Assembly (NCBI GenBank): GCA_000934665.2
Contig: JYFJ02001994.1
Span: 44,846-64,845, forward strand
Direction: 5' to 3'
Length of the DNA: 20,000 bases
Origin: Catajapyx aquilonaris
Taxonomy: Eukaryota
A program made the position numbers and the translations under genes. Shown in pieces: positions 1-12,283 of the stretch. The first letter of the stretch is position 1. Each line of letters starts with the position of its first letter. The notes below the pieces were generated by a model. It made no database searches and was not told where the DNA came from. It was given only the letters and a program-made list of their open reading frames with translations.

Positions 1-264
1 ATAGGATGTGCATTCAATAAAACTGTAAGAAGGAGGTGCAATGGCCAACTTCATACGCAGCGAGGGATGATTAGAGAAGAGTCGTTTATATGGGTAAGTT
101 ATCCATTGAAGTTAATTAGACAGACATGGAGAAGATTGTGGTCCTGATTCCCTCTAAGTAGATTTTTTACAGAGGTTATATTTCCCTGCAAGTGACTGTT
201 TCATATTAGATTATTGAAAACTTGGCTAACTGAGTCATGCGCAACGTCTAGTAACCAATAATAA

Positions 265-480
265 ATTTGCGTAAGGCCGTTGTCGGGGTCACACTGCGCA
301 ACAGGTTGGTGAATCTAAAACTGGCCGATGGCGCGGCGTGGGAGGAATGTGACAAACGGGGAATGGGCGGCCCAACGACAAAGAAACCAAAGCAGCAGAT
401 CAGGCACTGCCGCAAAGGTGGGAATGGTAATGTTATCATAGGCTAATGGCAGATATTGCGCAGATAAGCATCCAAAATAT
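265..480 (+). pseudogene. Possible highly decayed 3' end of an RTE-like non-LTR retrotransposon ORF
   Basis: Frame pieces read LRKAVVGVTLRNRLVN, then (with shifts) EW-RPNDK...PQRWE and G*WQIL. This resembles the RTE C-terminal pattern (xRxxxGVTLRDRxxN...EWxP...RWxD). Needs several frameshifts, so weak. Confidence 0.25.
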
Positions 481-1675
481 GAACATTCGGCTTCAAAAGG
501 CGAGAAAAGAAATACTGGCAATAGAGTGGAAAAGAGCAAAACACTTGAAAATATGAACGTGGAGTTGACCTTATCTCAGGCCGTCTTGGGTTGTTTATAT
601 CACGAGTTACTCCTTTATTAAATCACCCATGGTTGTGAAAGTAAAGTACGCATTTTGCAGTTATAACTTCTCAAAATTCAACATTACAGAATTTTAAAGC
701 ACATAATCAAAAAAGTCAATAGGTTTTTACATATCAAATCTAAGCAAAACACACACGAAACCCAAAGAAACAATACTCTTCCTTTTCCCTTCTTTCTCTT
801 ACTCTTCAAAGCAGCCGAGGCATTGCCATCTGAGCTCTGTGGAGGAATAAACTCATCCCCGGGTCACTAAAATCAGACAAGGACTGGTCACTGTCCTCTA
901 CATCCCTGAACACAGCAGCCTGCAAACAATGTGTAATCAGTGGTAATGGAGATCTAATTCGACTAATCCCTTCACTGATGTGCAAGTGATGTATTTTATG
1001 TTCTTTACATCCAGATAACTGTGTATATAACGTACCAGATAATCACTTCTTCTGGCAATAATTTTTCTGTACGTTCAAGATAATGGAAAAAAATCACTCA
1101 TGAAGGCACATTTGCGAAAAGGTTGTGCTCGGCGAGATAATCCGTTACCAAGAAACCAACGACAACAAATGAGATAACATCCGCCTCTGGTCATCATCTT
1201 ACAGACATAATTACAATGATCCATTCTAAAGTTTCCAACAAGCACGAACTCCGCAGATATGAATGCTTCATGCACACAAAATAGCAACCATATTGCAAAA
1301 AAAAAATCCAGTACAGGTGAAGAGTAAAGTTTGAACATATGAGATGTAAATGTGTCAATTATGTCAAACAGGTAATGTGGTGGCGCATATAATTAATCCC
1401 AAAATAATTATACTGACATCCTCGTGAGATTCAGCTGCTGCTGATATTGAGACGGACACTATCCAGGTAAAATATAGCCACAGTCAATAATGCTACAGGT
1501 GCGGTTTGCATGACAATTTGAGCAGGGAATATAATTATTATTATATACTGCAATACAGTTATACAATACGCTTCCTATTTTTACTGTATGACAATTTCTG
1601 TCCGAATTTGTGAGAGACGTAAAGCTAAATAAAACGTAGGCTTCAGTACAAGTACAACATGGAACATTTCCAACA

Positions 1676-2945
1676 TTGGTGCCACTGCTGTCCACAAAAC
1701 AGTTAGACGACCTCACCCCACGGTTGCAACGGCTGCGGATCAGGCTACTATACGGTAGGATTCAACACCTACAACACTGCAGGCTCCGCCGGGTCAAGCT
1801 GAGCACACATAAAAATACAGGTCAGTGATGGGTCACCAAAATTAGACTGATTGAGGAGCACCCTCCCTACATTTGGTGATCGCAAGATGACCTGCATGAA
1901 TCTTCTCCCAGGATCTCCTTGTGTACCGGGCGCGGAATAAACACTCTGTCTCCATGGGATATGAGCCCGTCATTAATTGTGGACCCATTCCTATATTTCC
2001 AGTACACCTGATATGGATGTGGGACTTATTGTTTCCGTTCGGGCCAACGATCTGATATGTATGCATTCGCTGGGATTTTTCATCGTCCTTTTGGCTGCGC
2101 TGGAAACATCCGTAGCGTTACATCCGTGGCTGGCAGAGAAGCGACGGACGCCCTCACGTACGCGTCAACTTCTTCCTAGTCTGGTGAACAGGATGCAGTA
2201 CTCACGTCAGATTGAGGTCATGGTGCAGTCTTGCCAAGTATGTATCCAGGAACGGAAAAATCCTGTTGAGCCACTCACCCCTCCCGAGTGGCCATCACGT
2301 CCTTGGCAACATTTAGCCATGGACCTATGCAAGAGCCAAGGAAGTTGGTATTTGGTAGTAACAGATTATTACTCCCGTTATCCAGAAGTGGCTCTCCTTA
2401 AGTCACTGACATCAGCACATGTCATCAAATCGATGGCCGGCATAGTGTTTCCAAGACAGTGCGTAGCGACAATGGACCCCAGTTCCAGCCACTGAGGACT
2501 TCCGAGTTCACAACCTTTGCTAGGGAATATGGGTTTCAGAATATTACCTCCAGCCCTAAATTCCGGCTAAGCAATAGGGAAGATGAAGCCGCCGTCGAGA
2601 CAACAAAAGGGTTAACACGTAAATTAATTAACCCATATCTCGCCTCATGCCATATTTGTGCCGCTCCCGGGCCTGTTCAAGGGCCCTAACAGTACAGCAG
2701 CTGGCCCATCGGCGGACACAGTCGTCCAACAAGCAACACAGATGATACGAGACACACTGCGGAACATGGCGGACGACGAGCCAAATTTAATCGGAAATAT
2801 CAAAACTACCAAAAAATTTAATTGCAGAGTAGGCGTGCAGGGAGAGATGGAAGCACTACAATCACGCACGCTGGAAACAAAGCAGCTGTGTTGGATGGCC
2901 ATGTTTGCCCCAACTCCTTCCCCTGCCATCCTGAAATAGGTCATA
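1676..2945 (+). mobile_element. Decayed Gypsy/Ty3 LTR-retrotransposon pol fragment (end of RNase H, linker, H2C2 zinc finger, rve integrase)
   Basis: 1676-1750 LVPLLSTKQLDDLTPRLQRLRIRLL (end of RNase H). ~2210-2645 QIEVMVQSCQVC..EPL...WPSRPWQHLAMDL...YLVVTDYYSRYPEV / RSDNGPQF..SEF..FAREYGF..ITSSP...SN.E.EAAV...PYLA (integrase core). Many stops and frameshifts; no LTRs seen. Confidence 0.88.
1849..2177 (-). mobile_element. Internally inverted segment of the same Gypsy pol (linker + start of integrase H2C2 domain)
   Basis: Minus strand reads EEVDAYVRASVASLPATD... WPERKQ*VPHPYQVYWKYRNGSTINDGLISHGDRVFIPRPVHKEIL/EKIHAGHLAITKCREGAPQSV. It is bounded by inverted 5-mers AGACT (1844-1848) and AGTCT (2178-2182). 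Confidence 0.82.
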
Positions 2946-4419
2946 AAAGACTAAAAGACAACAAAGAGCATTATTATTTATTTATTTATAGTTGTTTCAA
3001 ACCAGTAGCCTTATTAGGCAGTGGTGCATATTTAAAATGCGAGGTTCCGTGAGAAACTAGTCAAATTCTTTCAGCAATTGTACCTACTACTTTCCCACTT
3101 TGACACTGCACTCACGAGTCATCCATAGAGTAACAATAGACCAGTAATACATATTATCTTGTGTCTGTAATGGTTCCAAACTAATGTGCCTCTTTTCGCA
3201 CTATAACGTCAATGTCTGAAAGGATTACAGCGGCATGAGCTTGAGAGAGAATCTACCTGTTTCAAGGTGACAGGAGCTCCATGGATTAGAATTATGCTAG
3301 CATTGAAAACGCCAGTATGATACACTGAACTACCAGGTGGCTCCACAAGCACATCAAAAGAGTGGAGCTTAGTTATTTTCAAAATGTGAAAATCTGGCTA
3401 AATACGACATAAAAGCGAAATGTGATGACCTCAGTAAGGCAATTAAATACACCCACCACCAAGTGTCCACTTGCGCAAATCATACATTGCGCAGGCAGTA
3501 ACAGAAGAGCAGAGAGAGCATGTGCATATTGTGCCAATGTTGACTCCTGGTAAACTGATGCAAAATGCTTTTTATAAGTAGCATATATAATAACTTCTCA
3601 TACCCATTCCGAAAGGAAATACAGACATAGAGCAACAGTGTAGACTGGACATCATTCAATATAATTACCAAACAATTCTTTTAAAATCTTCAATATTTTC
3701 TCTGAAATACAGCAATGAAGTTCTACCTTAATTGGAATCAATTCCGCTTGAAATTTCCAAAAAAACTTGTGGGCTCTACAAATGTACAATGTCATTAGCA
3801 ATGTTTGGGCAATTTTGGTTAATATAAACCTCAACCAAGTGCCACTGAGGTTCTGTTGCAGCCAAAAGACCAACAAAGAGGAAATTTCTTAACAATCTGG
3901 CCGAAGCACTCAATTTCAAAGCTTCACGAATGAGAGGCCTGCCTTGGCAGCCTCAATTTGAACGGAAGTTGTGGACTAGACGAATGAGGTACCAGCAAAA
4001 ATATTCATTTCACAACCTCAAGCGGATACGTACAGTAAAACCTTCGCTGTCCCTTGTTCCTGCACGCTGTGGCATGTGAATTGTCGGCAGTATCGTTGGC
4101 GAAGGAGCTGGTCAGCTGGTCAAACAACCACTATCGACTGTCATGTACGATTTGAACTGTTGAAAGATGCAAATACTACTTACTGTAGACTCGAAGCACC
4201 CTTGCATTCAGCGATACATGGTGCAGTGACTGTCACTGTCATTTTGTAATGGAACATTGCACTTGTGTTGCACAATACGAATACGTAAGTACAATAAACA
4301 ATGCACGTATTCCCACTCCTGTGAGTGGTACATTATGAATATGTAGGAGTTTTAAGTTACTTCATCTGACTACAGTAACATAATGGTATGGTTTTTGTGG
4401 GAGCATGCAGCATTCTTGA

Positions 4420-4618
4420 TTAGAAGTCGTTCTGCTGCTTGATGATGTCCTTAAATTGATTACTGTTGGCCCTTCCTTGAGGATGTAAAAAGTGAGCTGC
4501 AAATTTATTGCATTAATTCGCCACCCAATGGAAAATACATGTAAGTAAGACTTACCGCTGAGACTAAGAATGGGGGTTACTGGAACTTCTGCAGTGATCA
4601 ACAGTCCATCCTGCGACC
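4420..4618 (-). other. Candidate pair of spliced exons (4556-4618, 4420-4496) of an unidentified, possibly decayed gene
   Basis: Donor GCG|GTAAGT at 4555, 59-bp intron, acceptor TTTGCAG at 4497. Phases are compatible: GSQDGLLITAEVPVTPILSLS-AHFLHPQGRANSNQFKDIIKQQNDF*. No recognisable homology; 5' exons unresolved. Confidence 0.3.
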
Positions 4619-6829
4619 CTGACATGGAATCTCTGTCTACACACCAAACGTGGTGCTCCTGTCGCAGGCATTATCTGACCACCTCCAATTTGACAAAATC
4701 AATCAAGCTTCTGCCTCACACTTGTATCACCATTTTCTATTTTTCTATGGCAAAGAAGTCTACATCACTAGCAATCACATGAAAGAAGAAATGACGCCAA
4801 CATTAGGACCGGACCTGAACGGCAATAAATGACGTATCACAATGTAACCTACACAGCAACCACAACAAAGCTGGGAGTAAACACATTTGTGTTATTCCAC
4901 TCTGTAGTTCCACCCTGTCTGCATGACACAATCATAATCGGAATAATATTGCATAGCGATATGTCAACATGAGCACAGTATGAAGTACAGACATGTTACA
5001 ATTATTAATGATGGAGTGTCTTGCATGTATGTCACTTCTTACTCATTTTTTAAAAAAGTGGCTCGTTTGTAAAGGTGTTAGAATAAAATGCCACGTTAAT
5101 ATCGCCTTCAATTGGTCACAATATGTGGGGTAATAAAACTCTCCTTAATAGTGGCGGGGGTAGCAACTGATCTCAGCAGCATCTGCCACTTTCAATTTCA
5201 CCATTAATACGGCACATATTATATCAAGGAACGTACATAACAAAGTGGGTGGGTGCGTTATGGAAGGCGATCTCTTAGACATCGACATTCATGCTACTTT
5301 TGACATTGAACACCAGTTCGATGCAGCAGTCAGGTGTCAGGCAAAATCAGATTACACACATCGGAAAAGAGACTCAAAGTGTAGCTGGCCAATGGGCCAA
5401 GTGTCAGATTCGCAGTTCAGATAAAACGTAAAAGATCCCTTGATCTCTATGACTTCTTACACTACTGATTTTATCAATTGAATACTTTACTTCCCTTGAG
5501 ATCACATGAAGTTTATATTATATAACTCAAACTTGGCAAACGAGAAGGGCACGTAATTTCTTCAGTCCGCATGTACGCATGTGGGCGATATATTTTCAAT
5601 TTAAACTGTTACTTCAACAAAACATGCTATTATGCTTGTAAAAAATAGTGCTGCATTAGTTCCGTGGTAAAAAAATGTACCGCAACAAGTACGTATATAA
5701 TTACCATGTAATTAAATAATGCAATTGACATTGGTAGTACTGTGAAGTCAATAAACTGGCTTGTCCCAATTATTAATAAACCAACTCCAAGAGACATCAT
5801 ACTCATTCCGACTGATGACAAAATCGGTCATAATAAAATCAACATCCAATAATATTGGAGCAACAAACAACACTTGTCGGTTAATCAGGTGCAATGAAAA
5901 CCATTATACAAAAAGAAAGTGTCGTAAATTTACTGAAACTTTTTTTAAAGCTGCAGGGCAGGACAAGGCAGTGCAGCCAGTTTAAATACAAGCAAATATC
6001 TTCCTATAGGTTATACCCCTGACAATGCCAATAAGCATAAATCAAATTAGCATATACATGCCAAAGACGAATAGACAATTTGCGGAAGTAGCCTTACTCT
6101 TTCAGGTCATCATGCTCTCTCCACCCATATGTTTTGTAAGGTTTATTATTGATGTACTTTTCCTTGGCCAGACGATGCACATTTACCTCGACATTTACTC
6201 TGTGGTTGTATTAAATGTCCAGTATTGCAACTGGCAAGGACTGACCACTACATCTCCTCACTGTGTGATGGGGTTGGGTTGGGTTGATGGGGTTTGATTC
6301 GCACTTTTCGACTCCTGTACTATGTGACGTAATTGTTTCCCATCACCCATTGCGCCTCTCCTGTTGTATCATGACCTCATTTCAATTTCCCATCATCCCT
6401 TGCATTGTCTCGACCATTCAATATTGCTCCACATGTATCTCCCGTCATTCTTTGCGCCTTGTGGATCCTTTTGATGGATGCCCTGATACCAAGCCGTTAA
6501 CCTCACTTTTTGTGTTGTGTCCTTGAAGCAAACCATGTCGTTCTTATGTGTTGAGAAGGAGTGCACAGCATCTCTCTTTTTACGGTGTGATCGACCATTA
6601 TCTGCTTTAACGGGAGGGACCCGTTGAATTGTGGGACAACCTCTACCTATTTAGCTAGCGAAGAGGACTCGAGTTTTGCCATTCATTTCACTGCCTTGCC
6701 ATCACGCACTTTCAGAACCCGTCTAATAACATGTTTCTGGTGTGTGCATTTTACCTACAGGAGACACTGCCTGAAACCATGGCCGCCCATACCAGCCTTC
6801 CGGCCATCCGAGGCCTCTGGAGGCCTCTG

Positions 6830-7655
6830 GAGGGAGTTTTCTCATGCTCCCACGAAGAGGCAGATTCACGAATATTCGTACACGCAAGACATTCAGCAAT
6901 GGAGGGCTACACAACACTTAAGATAATGGCAAATGACACCGATGTGGTTGTCATTGCTATCAATGTCATGCCACACCTGCAAAGACTTGGCATACAAAAA
7001 ATGTGGGTTACCTTCGGACAAGGAACTTCAACACGATGGCTCCCTGTGCACGAAATTGTCTTACAAATTGGACCTGAGAGGAACCGAGGAATGCCATTTT
7101 TTCATGCATTCACGGGATGCGATGTATAGTACCTGCGTTCCGAGGCAAAGGAAAAAAGACAGCCTGGCAAACTTGGAACGTATGCACAGACGTAACTGCC
7201 ACTTTCATGCCAAGTTAAGCGAACAACAAACACATTTCGACGAGAATGATTTGCTCAAACTAGAACAGTTTGTGGTGATCATGTATGATGGGTCAAGTGA
7301 GGCAATCTGCGTGAATGATGCCAGAATGGACATGTTCACTCGTAAGCAACGGGCATGTGATGCCATCCCACCTACCCAGGCTGCCCTCAAAGAGCATGTG
7401 AAACGAGCAGCCTACCAGGCCGGCATCTGGAGTCAGTCACTCATCAGTCAGCCAGAGCTACCCAGCCCATCTGACTGGGGATGGGAGAGATGTGGGGATC
7501 GATGGAAGATAGTGTGGACGACTATGCAACCTATTGCTACCGGCTGCCAGGAACAGACCAAGTGCCAATGCCAGAAAACTTGTAGCGGGAGATGTGTGTG
7601 TTTCCGTCGTGGTCTTAATTGCACACCACTCTGCAGCTGTGTATGCCAGGTGTAG
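6830..7655 (+). mobile_element. Frameshifted C-terminal part of an Academ (AcademX-type) DNA transposon protein: XPG/FEN1-like PIN + H3TH nuclease and Cys-rich zinc finger
   Basis: Motifs CSHEEADSRIFVH, DTDVVVI, FHAFTGCD; after a 2-nt insertion (~7125) VPAFRGKGKKTAWQTW; after a second 2-nt insertion (~7207) KLS..LEQFV..MY..VNDARMDMF...IPPTQAALKEHVKRAAYQAGIW..LPSPSDWGW and KCQCQKTCSGRCVCFRRGLNCTPLCSCVC*. XPG domain plus Cys8 finger is the described AcademX C-terminal architecture. Confidence 0.8.
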
Positions 7656-8492
7656 TTGGCCAATTGTTCCGCAGCTTATGATGTAAGACATGTTCTGCAG
7701 TTTCTGGTATAATAAAAATTAACGTGTATCACACAAATGGTGTTTTCATGAACTTATTGGCAGTCATATTCGCAAGATGGCGGCCATATTCACGTTTCAA
7801 GTGGTTTGATAACATTTGCGATAATTTCGAGTAATTTATATGCCAAAACCTTACTGTACAGCTACTGTACAGTACAGCATAAGCCAAATTCCAACTGTCA
7901 AGTCAAATCACAAGCCAACATCACTGCATACAAGGTGTGTATCAGAGACCCACTGTTCCGTACAAATGCAGAAAATTCAACGATCCACACAATGACGTGC
8001 AACAAGATTACTGAAATTTTTAAAGACAAAAACAGTATTGCTGTAATGATGAAGCGAAAGAGGATAAGTTACTGATTCGCCATTATATTCCCTGGCCAAA
8101 CAAACCTGGATAAACCCGAAAACCGAAAACCCCCAAGGCGCGACCACAAAAGCAACCACCAAAACGCGCAGAGACGCATACAATTTAGAGCGAAACCCTT
8201 CACCACCTCAGATTTAGAGAACCAAGAGACCAAGAGAACCAAACCCGAGAGAGGGGGACCAAGAGAACCAAACCAGTACACATTAAAACTCCGCCGGCGA
8301 CGGAGCTCGCCGCACGGTGACACATCATATTCATCCATTGATCCCCTGGAGCCAAGCATCAGCCGCCAAACAAAGAGAATTGAAGCTCCTCAGAAGAGAT
8401 CCCATGAGCATCCTTGAAGAAGGGGGCCAGCCAGCACCGCTCCGCAAGGCCAGCCGCATTACCCCGGAGCGGGCCTCCCTCAGCTTCATTTT

Positions 8493-8679
8493 TGCAGGTA
8501 AAAAGACTGGTGGTTCACACGAGCGTCGTTCGTCTTTGTCGTTGTCGTTGCGGTAGTCCATCTAACTATTGGTTCCAATTCCAGCCTTCTACTTCCCCGC
8601 ATGCCCTATTGCAGATGTTGTAGAATCTAAATTGTTACTGGTACCGTACTGAAATGTCAGTACATTTATTTAAAAAAAG
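8493..8679 (-). repeat. Left arm of ~187-bp inverted repeat (partner 12098-12283)
   Basis: Reverse complement matches 12098-12283 at roughly 90% by eye, e.g. cgtcgttcgtctttgtcgttgtcgttgcggtagtccatctaact vs agttagatggactaccgcaacgacaacgacaaagacgaacgacg. Confidence 0.92.
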
Positions 8680-10140
8680 GAACATGCCCATGCTGTCATA
8701 CTGTCATGGGCATGATGCAACCTGTCTTCCTGAGGGAGGTGGACCAACGTTCATTGGGTGGTCAACTCCACCATGTGGACCACCCCTGGCAGCCTTTGAG
8801 GACGTTGTTCGCCATGGATAGCGATGAATGTAAATGTTACCTCTCAACAGCTCACTTCACAGAAACCCATCCTGTTGCTTCGAATCTGAATAATAAATTG
8901 TAATAATAATCTATGTTACCCTAACCCTAATAGTCATGGCCAGAATGTGCCGTGTGGTTGAGTTGCAGAACAGTCAAGGGAGATGCCCCACTTGCACTTC
9001 ATGACAGGCTCCATTTTCTATTTCATGAAAGGCACATATGGAAAGAACATCCAGTCGCTCATCGATATGGTGAAATCAGGTACTGTGCTTTACTGTGATT
9101 TTTATCAACAGATAACTACATAGCAAGAACTTCAATAAAATATATAAGAACATCCCTCAGAAATAAAGATGCCTATATTGATATACAAGTTACTATTATC
9201 TTTCATTACCTAGTCATTAACATACCTTGTATTTATGTAGGATAGTTCCTTACTACTTTTATTCATCCTCCCTTTATGCTGGGTACAAGAAACACTGCGT
9301 ACAGAAAATTCACATTTTGGCATTATATGTCTAGCCTTGCCCTAGTATGAATCTGCTCCATGGCGTAGTACAATAATAAAATTAATTACATTTAACCTCC
9401 CCACTTGACAAAATCACAAGAAGGGCATAAGAAATGCAAATTCGTTAATTTGTATAAATTATTGGACAATCTATCTACTCGTATATCACAATCAACCATG
9501 ACTGTATTCTACTGCAGCAAAGAAAAATGACACTCTGCTCCATTATTGAAACATCAGGATAATAAAGTGGGGTTGAGGACTCTTCCGATGATGAATGAAG
9601 ACGAACTTTGGGACTATGCTACACTTGACATATTTATACCTGCACGAGACAAATAACCACATAATGGAAACACACAGTGAAACGGACTTAATCTAACAGC
9701 AAACGCTCCAATTCGGGACACAAATAAAGGACAGCTGCATGTCACTTGCTCCAAGAGAACTTTCGTGTGTCAGAAGACAAATGACTGAAAAACAAATCCC
9801 AGAAAGCCCGAAAATCACCTCCAAACCACCTAAAGAATTGCTATGGCGCAACAGACACAAAGAAACACCGTATTGTGACTATCGCTGTGCAGAAAAATTA
9901 ACTCCTAAGACAACCTCCAAAACAACGACCATCAAAGTCTCCATACCCTTAAACAAATTAAAACATCCATTGAAGAAAAACTCAAAATCTTCATACCAGT
10001 CCCTCATCCTTGATCCCACAAAAATGATAAAAACCCAGCCAACAGTGTAATGTAATGTAATAACGCGTGTTAATGTTGTAAAGGAAATAATATGACTCAT
10101 TGTTGAGGTGGTTACTACGTACCAGTATGTTTTGTTTGGG

Positions 10141-10245
10141 TTGTGTGGGGTAACGTGGTGTAACCAGGGGTCTGTCGTTTTGTTATTAGATTCACCTTGG
10201 TATTTGTTGCCAAGACCCCTGTGTTACCCACGTTACCGCACACAA
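10141..10245. repeat. Imperfect 33-bp hairpin (arms 10141-10173 and 10213-10245, 39-nt loop)
   Basis: ttgtgtggggtaacgtggtgtaaccaggggtct / agacccctgtgttacccacgttaccgcacacaa: one mismatch and two single-base indels. Confidence 0.8.
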
Positions 10246-10478
10246 ACCGGGGTATAAATAAAGGAGACAAACCGAGGTATATGTTGCTGGAAAGGGCGGC
10301 CTACCTTAACAGGACACCCTGGGTAATTGACCATGTCGGACGTACCCATGGCCCAGTGGAGGTCACAAGAAACCTGTACACGGACATGTGCGGGGACATC
10401 TGCCTTGGCCGTGTAATGACGACCATGCAGAAGAAACCGAGGTATAAATAAAGGAGACGGTGCAGTGACCAAGTCAGT
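10244..10478 (+). promoter_or_regulatory. Duplicated 25-bp TATA-containing unit AAACCGRGGTATAAATAAAGGAGAC; the last copy is followed by a TCAGT initiator-like motif
   Basis: Copies at 10244-10268, 10269-10281 (partial) and 10434-10458. TATAAA at 10443, TCAGT at 10474-10478. Confidence 0.45.
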
Positions 10479-10875
10479 CAGTGGCCAGCAGTCCGAGAGG
10501 AAGGTTCTCTGGAAAGGGAGCTCTCCCCTGCGACTCGAGTGGTCACTCATCCACTGACCTTCAGAAATCAAGAAAGGAGGGTCAACTACTAAGCAAGGGC
10601 CAAAACAGGCCCCTATCAACACAGTGCTGGACCAGATCCTACCAATCGCGGAGGCGCCCGGGGAAAAGAAGAGAAAAAAGCCCACAGTAACTACTGGAAG
10701 GTCTCTACAAAGACTACAAGAAGCAAACAAGAGGCGAGCAACACCACCAGCCATCGCCACAGTGGATACGGACATCATCGAGGTGATGGCGGACTACGAC
10801 ATAGTCTGGATGAACGACATCTTCATACCAGACCCTCCATTGTCCCCTCTCCCCCGCACTCCACCTCACCGAAGC

Positions 10876-10878
<3 letters not shown>

Positions 10879-10935
<57 letters not shown>
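10879..10935. repeat. (TAA)19 microsatellite
   Basis: Perfect TAA tract; its first unit is the stop codon of ORF 10624-10881. Confidence 0.97.
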
Positions 10936-10937
<2 letters not shown>

Positions 10938-11395
10938 TAGCCAAAACCCAAGTCTCACTCCACCTCAAATTTAATTATTGTCTATGAATGACACACACGT
11001 CTACTTAAGTTTATACCGATGTTGGACGTGTTTTTTTACATCTCCGCATATGACGGAGATGAAGAAACGAAAGAAGATTGGTCTCTGTGTCCACTATCTC
11101 AAAAATATATTTTTGACTTGCCAGTAGATGCCAGAAGATAATGGTAGACACCAAAAACAATATAACTCGCTGGAACTTAGAGAAACACAATCAACAGCAA
11201 CGACAGCTATGACGACAACCAGCAATGACAAAGTGGACGGCGAGATTTGTCGATGGAAATGGACATGCCAAATCTACATAACATCACATTATCAATTACT
11301 CACTTGTGCATGGAATACAATAACACTATTATTTGCGAATACTACTATAGGATTTTATTAAGACCGGCCAAAAAAAAAAAAAAAATGTAAAATGT

Positions 11396-12017
11396 AAAAA
11401 TGTACTGACATGCTCTTAGTCCTGGCAAATGTGTCGTGCTACTTGGGTCAAAGGTAATATTAGTGCCCCTTTTAAAACATACATCTTCAAAATGTTTGGA
11501 AATATGTGGCCCTGGACAGAGTGTTGCATTGCTCATAATTTCAGTTCAAGAGAGGGAACTTGTGATATTATGATAGTACTGGAAGACCTCATGGTCAATT
11601 GGAAAGTATTTCCCATGCTTATCTGATAAGTTTCTTCACAATATTTGTCATGGGTTGAGGGATGTAGATTTGTACCGAAGATCAAAATTGGTTGAATATT
11701 TCTGATATTTTTTGGTCAATTTATACAAGTGTTTCTTGACATAATGTATGTGCAAGTTCTGGTGAACTTATCAGATATGCATGGGAAATACTTTCCAATT
11801 GACCATGAGGTCTTCCAGTACTATCATAATATCACAAGTTCCCTCTCTTGAACTGAAATTATGAGCAATGCAACACTCTGTCGAGGGCCACATATTTCCA
11901 AACATTTTGAAGATGTATGTTTTAAAAGGGGCACTAATATTACCAGCTCTTGATATTACCTTTGACCCAAGTAGCAAGACACATTTGCCAGGACTAAGAG
12001 CATGTCAGTACATTTTT
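11396..12017. mobile_element. 622-bp foldback/MITE-like palindrome (arms 11396-11632 and 11765-12017, 132-bp spacer)
   Basis: Arms differ by 3 substitutions and one 16-bp indel (11941-11956, flanked by the direct repeat ATATTACC). No coding capacity and no clear TSD. Confidence 0.85.
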
Positions 12018-12097
12018 GGATTAAAATATAGAGTTGTATTGTTTGATATCACGGAACAGTGCATTCTTGCAAGAATAGGAGTTATGCGTGATTGCTA

Positions 12098-12283
12098 CTT
12101 TTTTTAAATAAATGTTCTGACAAGTTCAGTAAGGTACCGGTAACAATTTAGATTCTATAACATCTGCAAAGGACATGCGGGGAAGTAGAAGGCTGGAATT
12201 GGAACCCAGAGTTAGATGGACTACCGCAACGACAACGACAAAGACGAACGACGCATCGTGTGAACCACCACTTTTTACCTGCA
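12098..12283 (+). repeat. Right arm of ~187-bp inverted repeat (partner 8493-8679)
   Basis: See left arm. Homology ends in both copies at the same point, TGCAGGTAAAAAG. Confidence 0.92.

Noticed and set aside
1075..1338. Minus ORF with a hydrophobic start and CNYVCK/GCYLIC motifs (lectin-like?)
   Set aside because: Cys spacing does not fit a domain and no supporting splice structure was found.
4031..4187. TA|CAGTAAAACC pogo/Tigger-like terminus
   Set aside because: Only TTACTGTA is found downstream; no convincing partner TIR.
8683..8930. Small hairpins (CATGCCCATG/CATGGGCATG; GGGTGGTC/GACCACCC) and two CCCTAA units
   Set aside because: Too short to distinguish from chance; not a telomeric array.
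10714..10968. Signal-peptide-like poly-Leu ORF
   Set aside because: Produced by the (TAA)19 microsatellite read on the minus strand.
11345..12107. Pairs of near-identical ORFs on opposite strands
   Set aside because: A consequence of the 622-bp palindrome; no recognisable domain.
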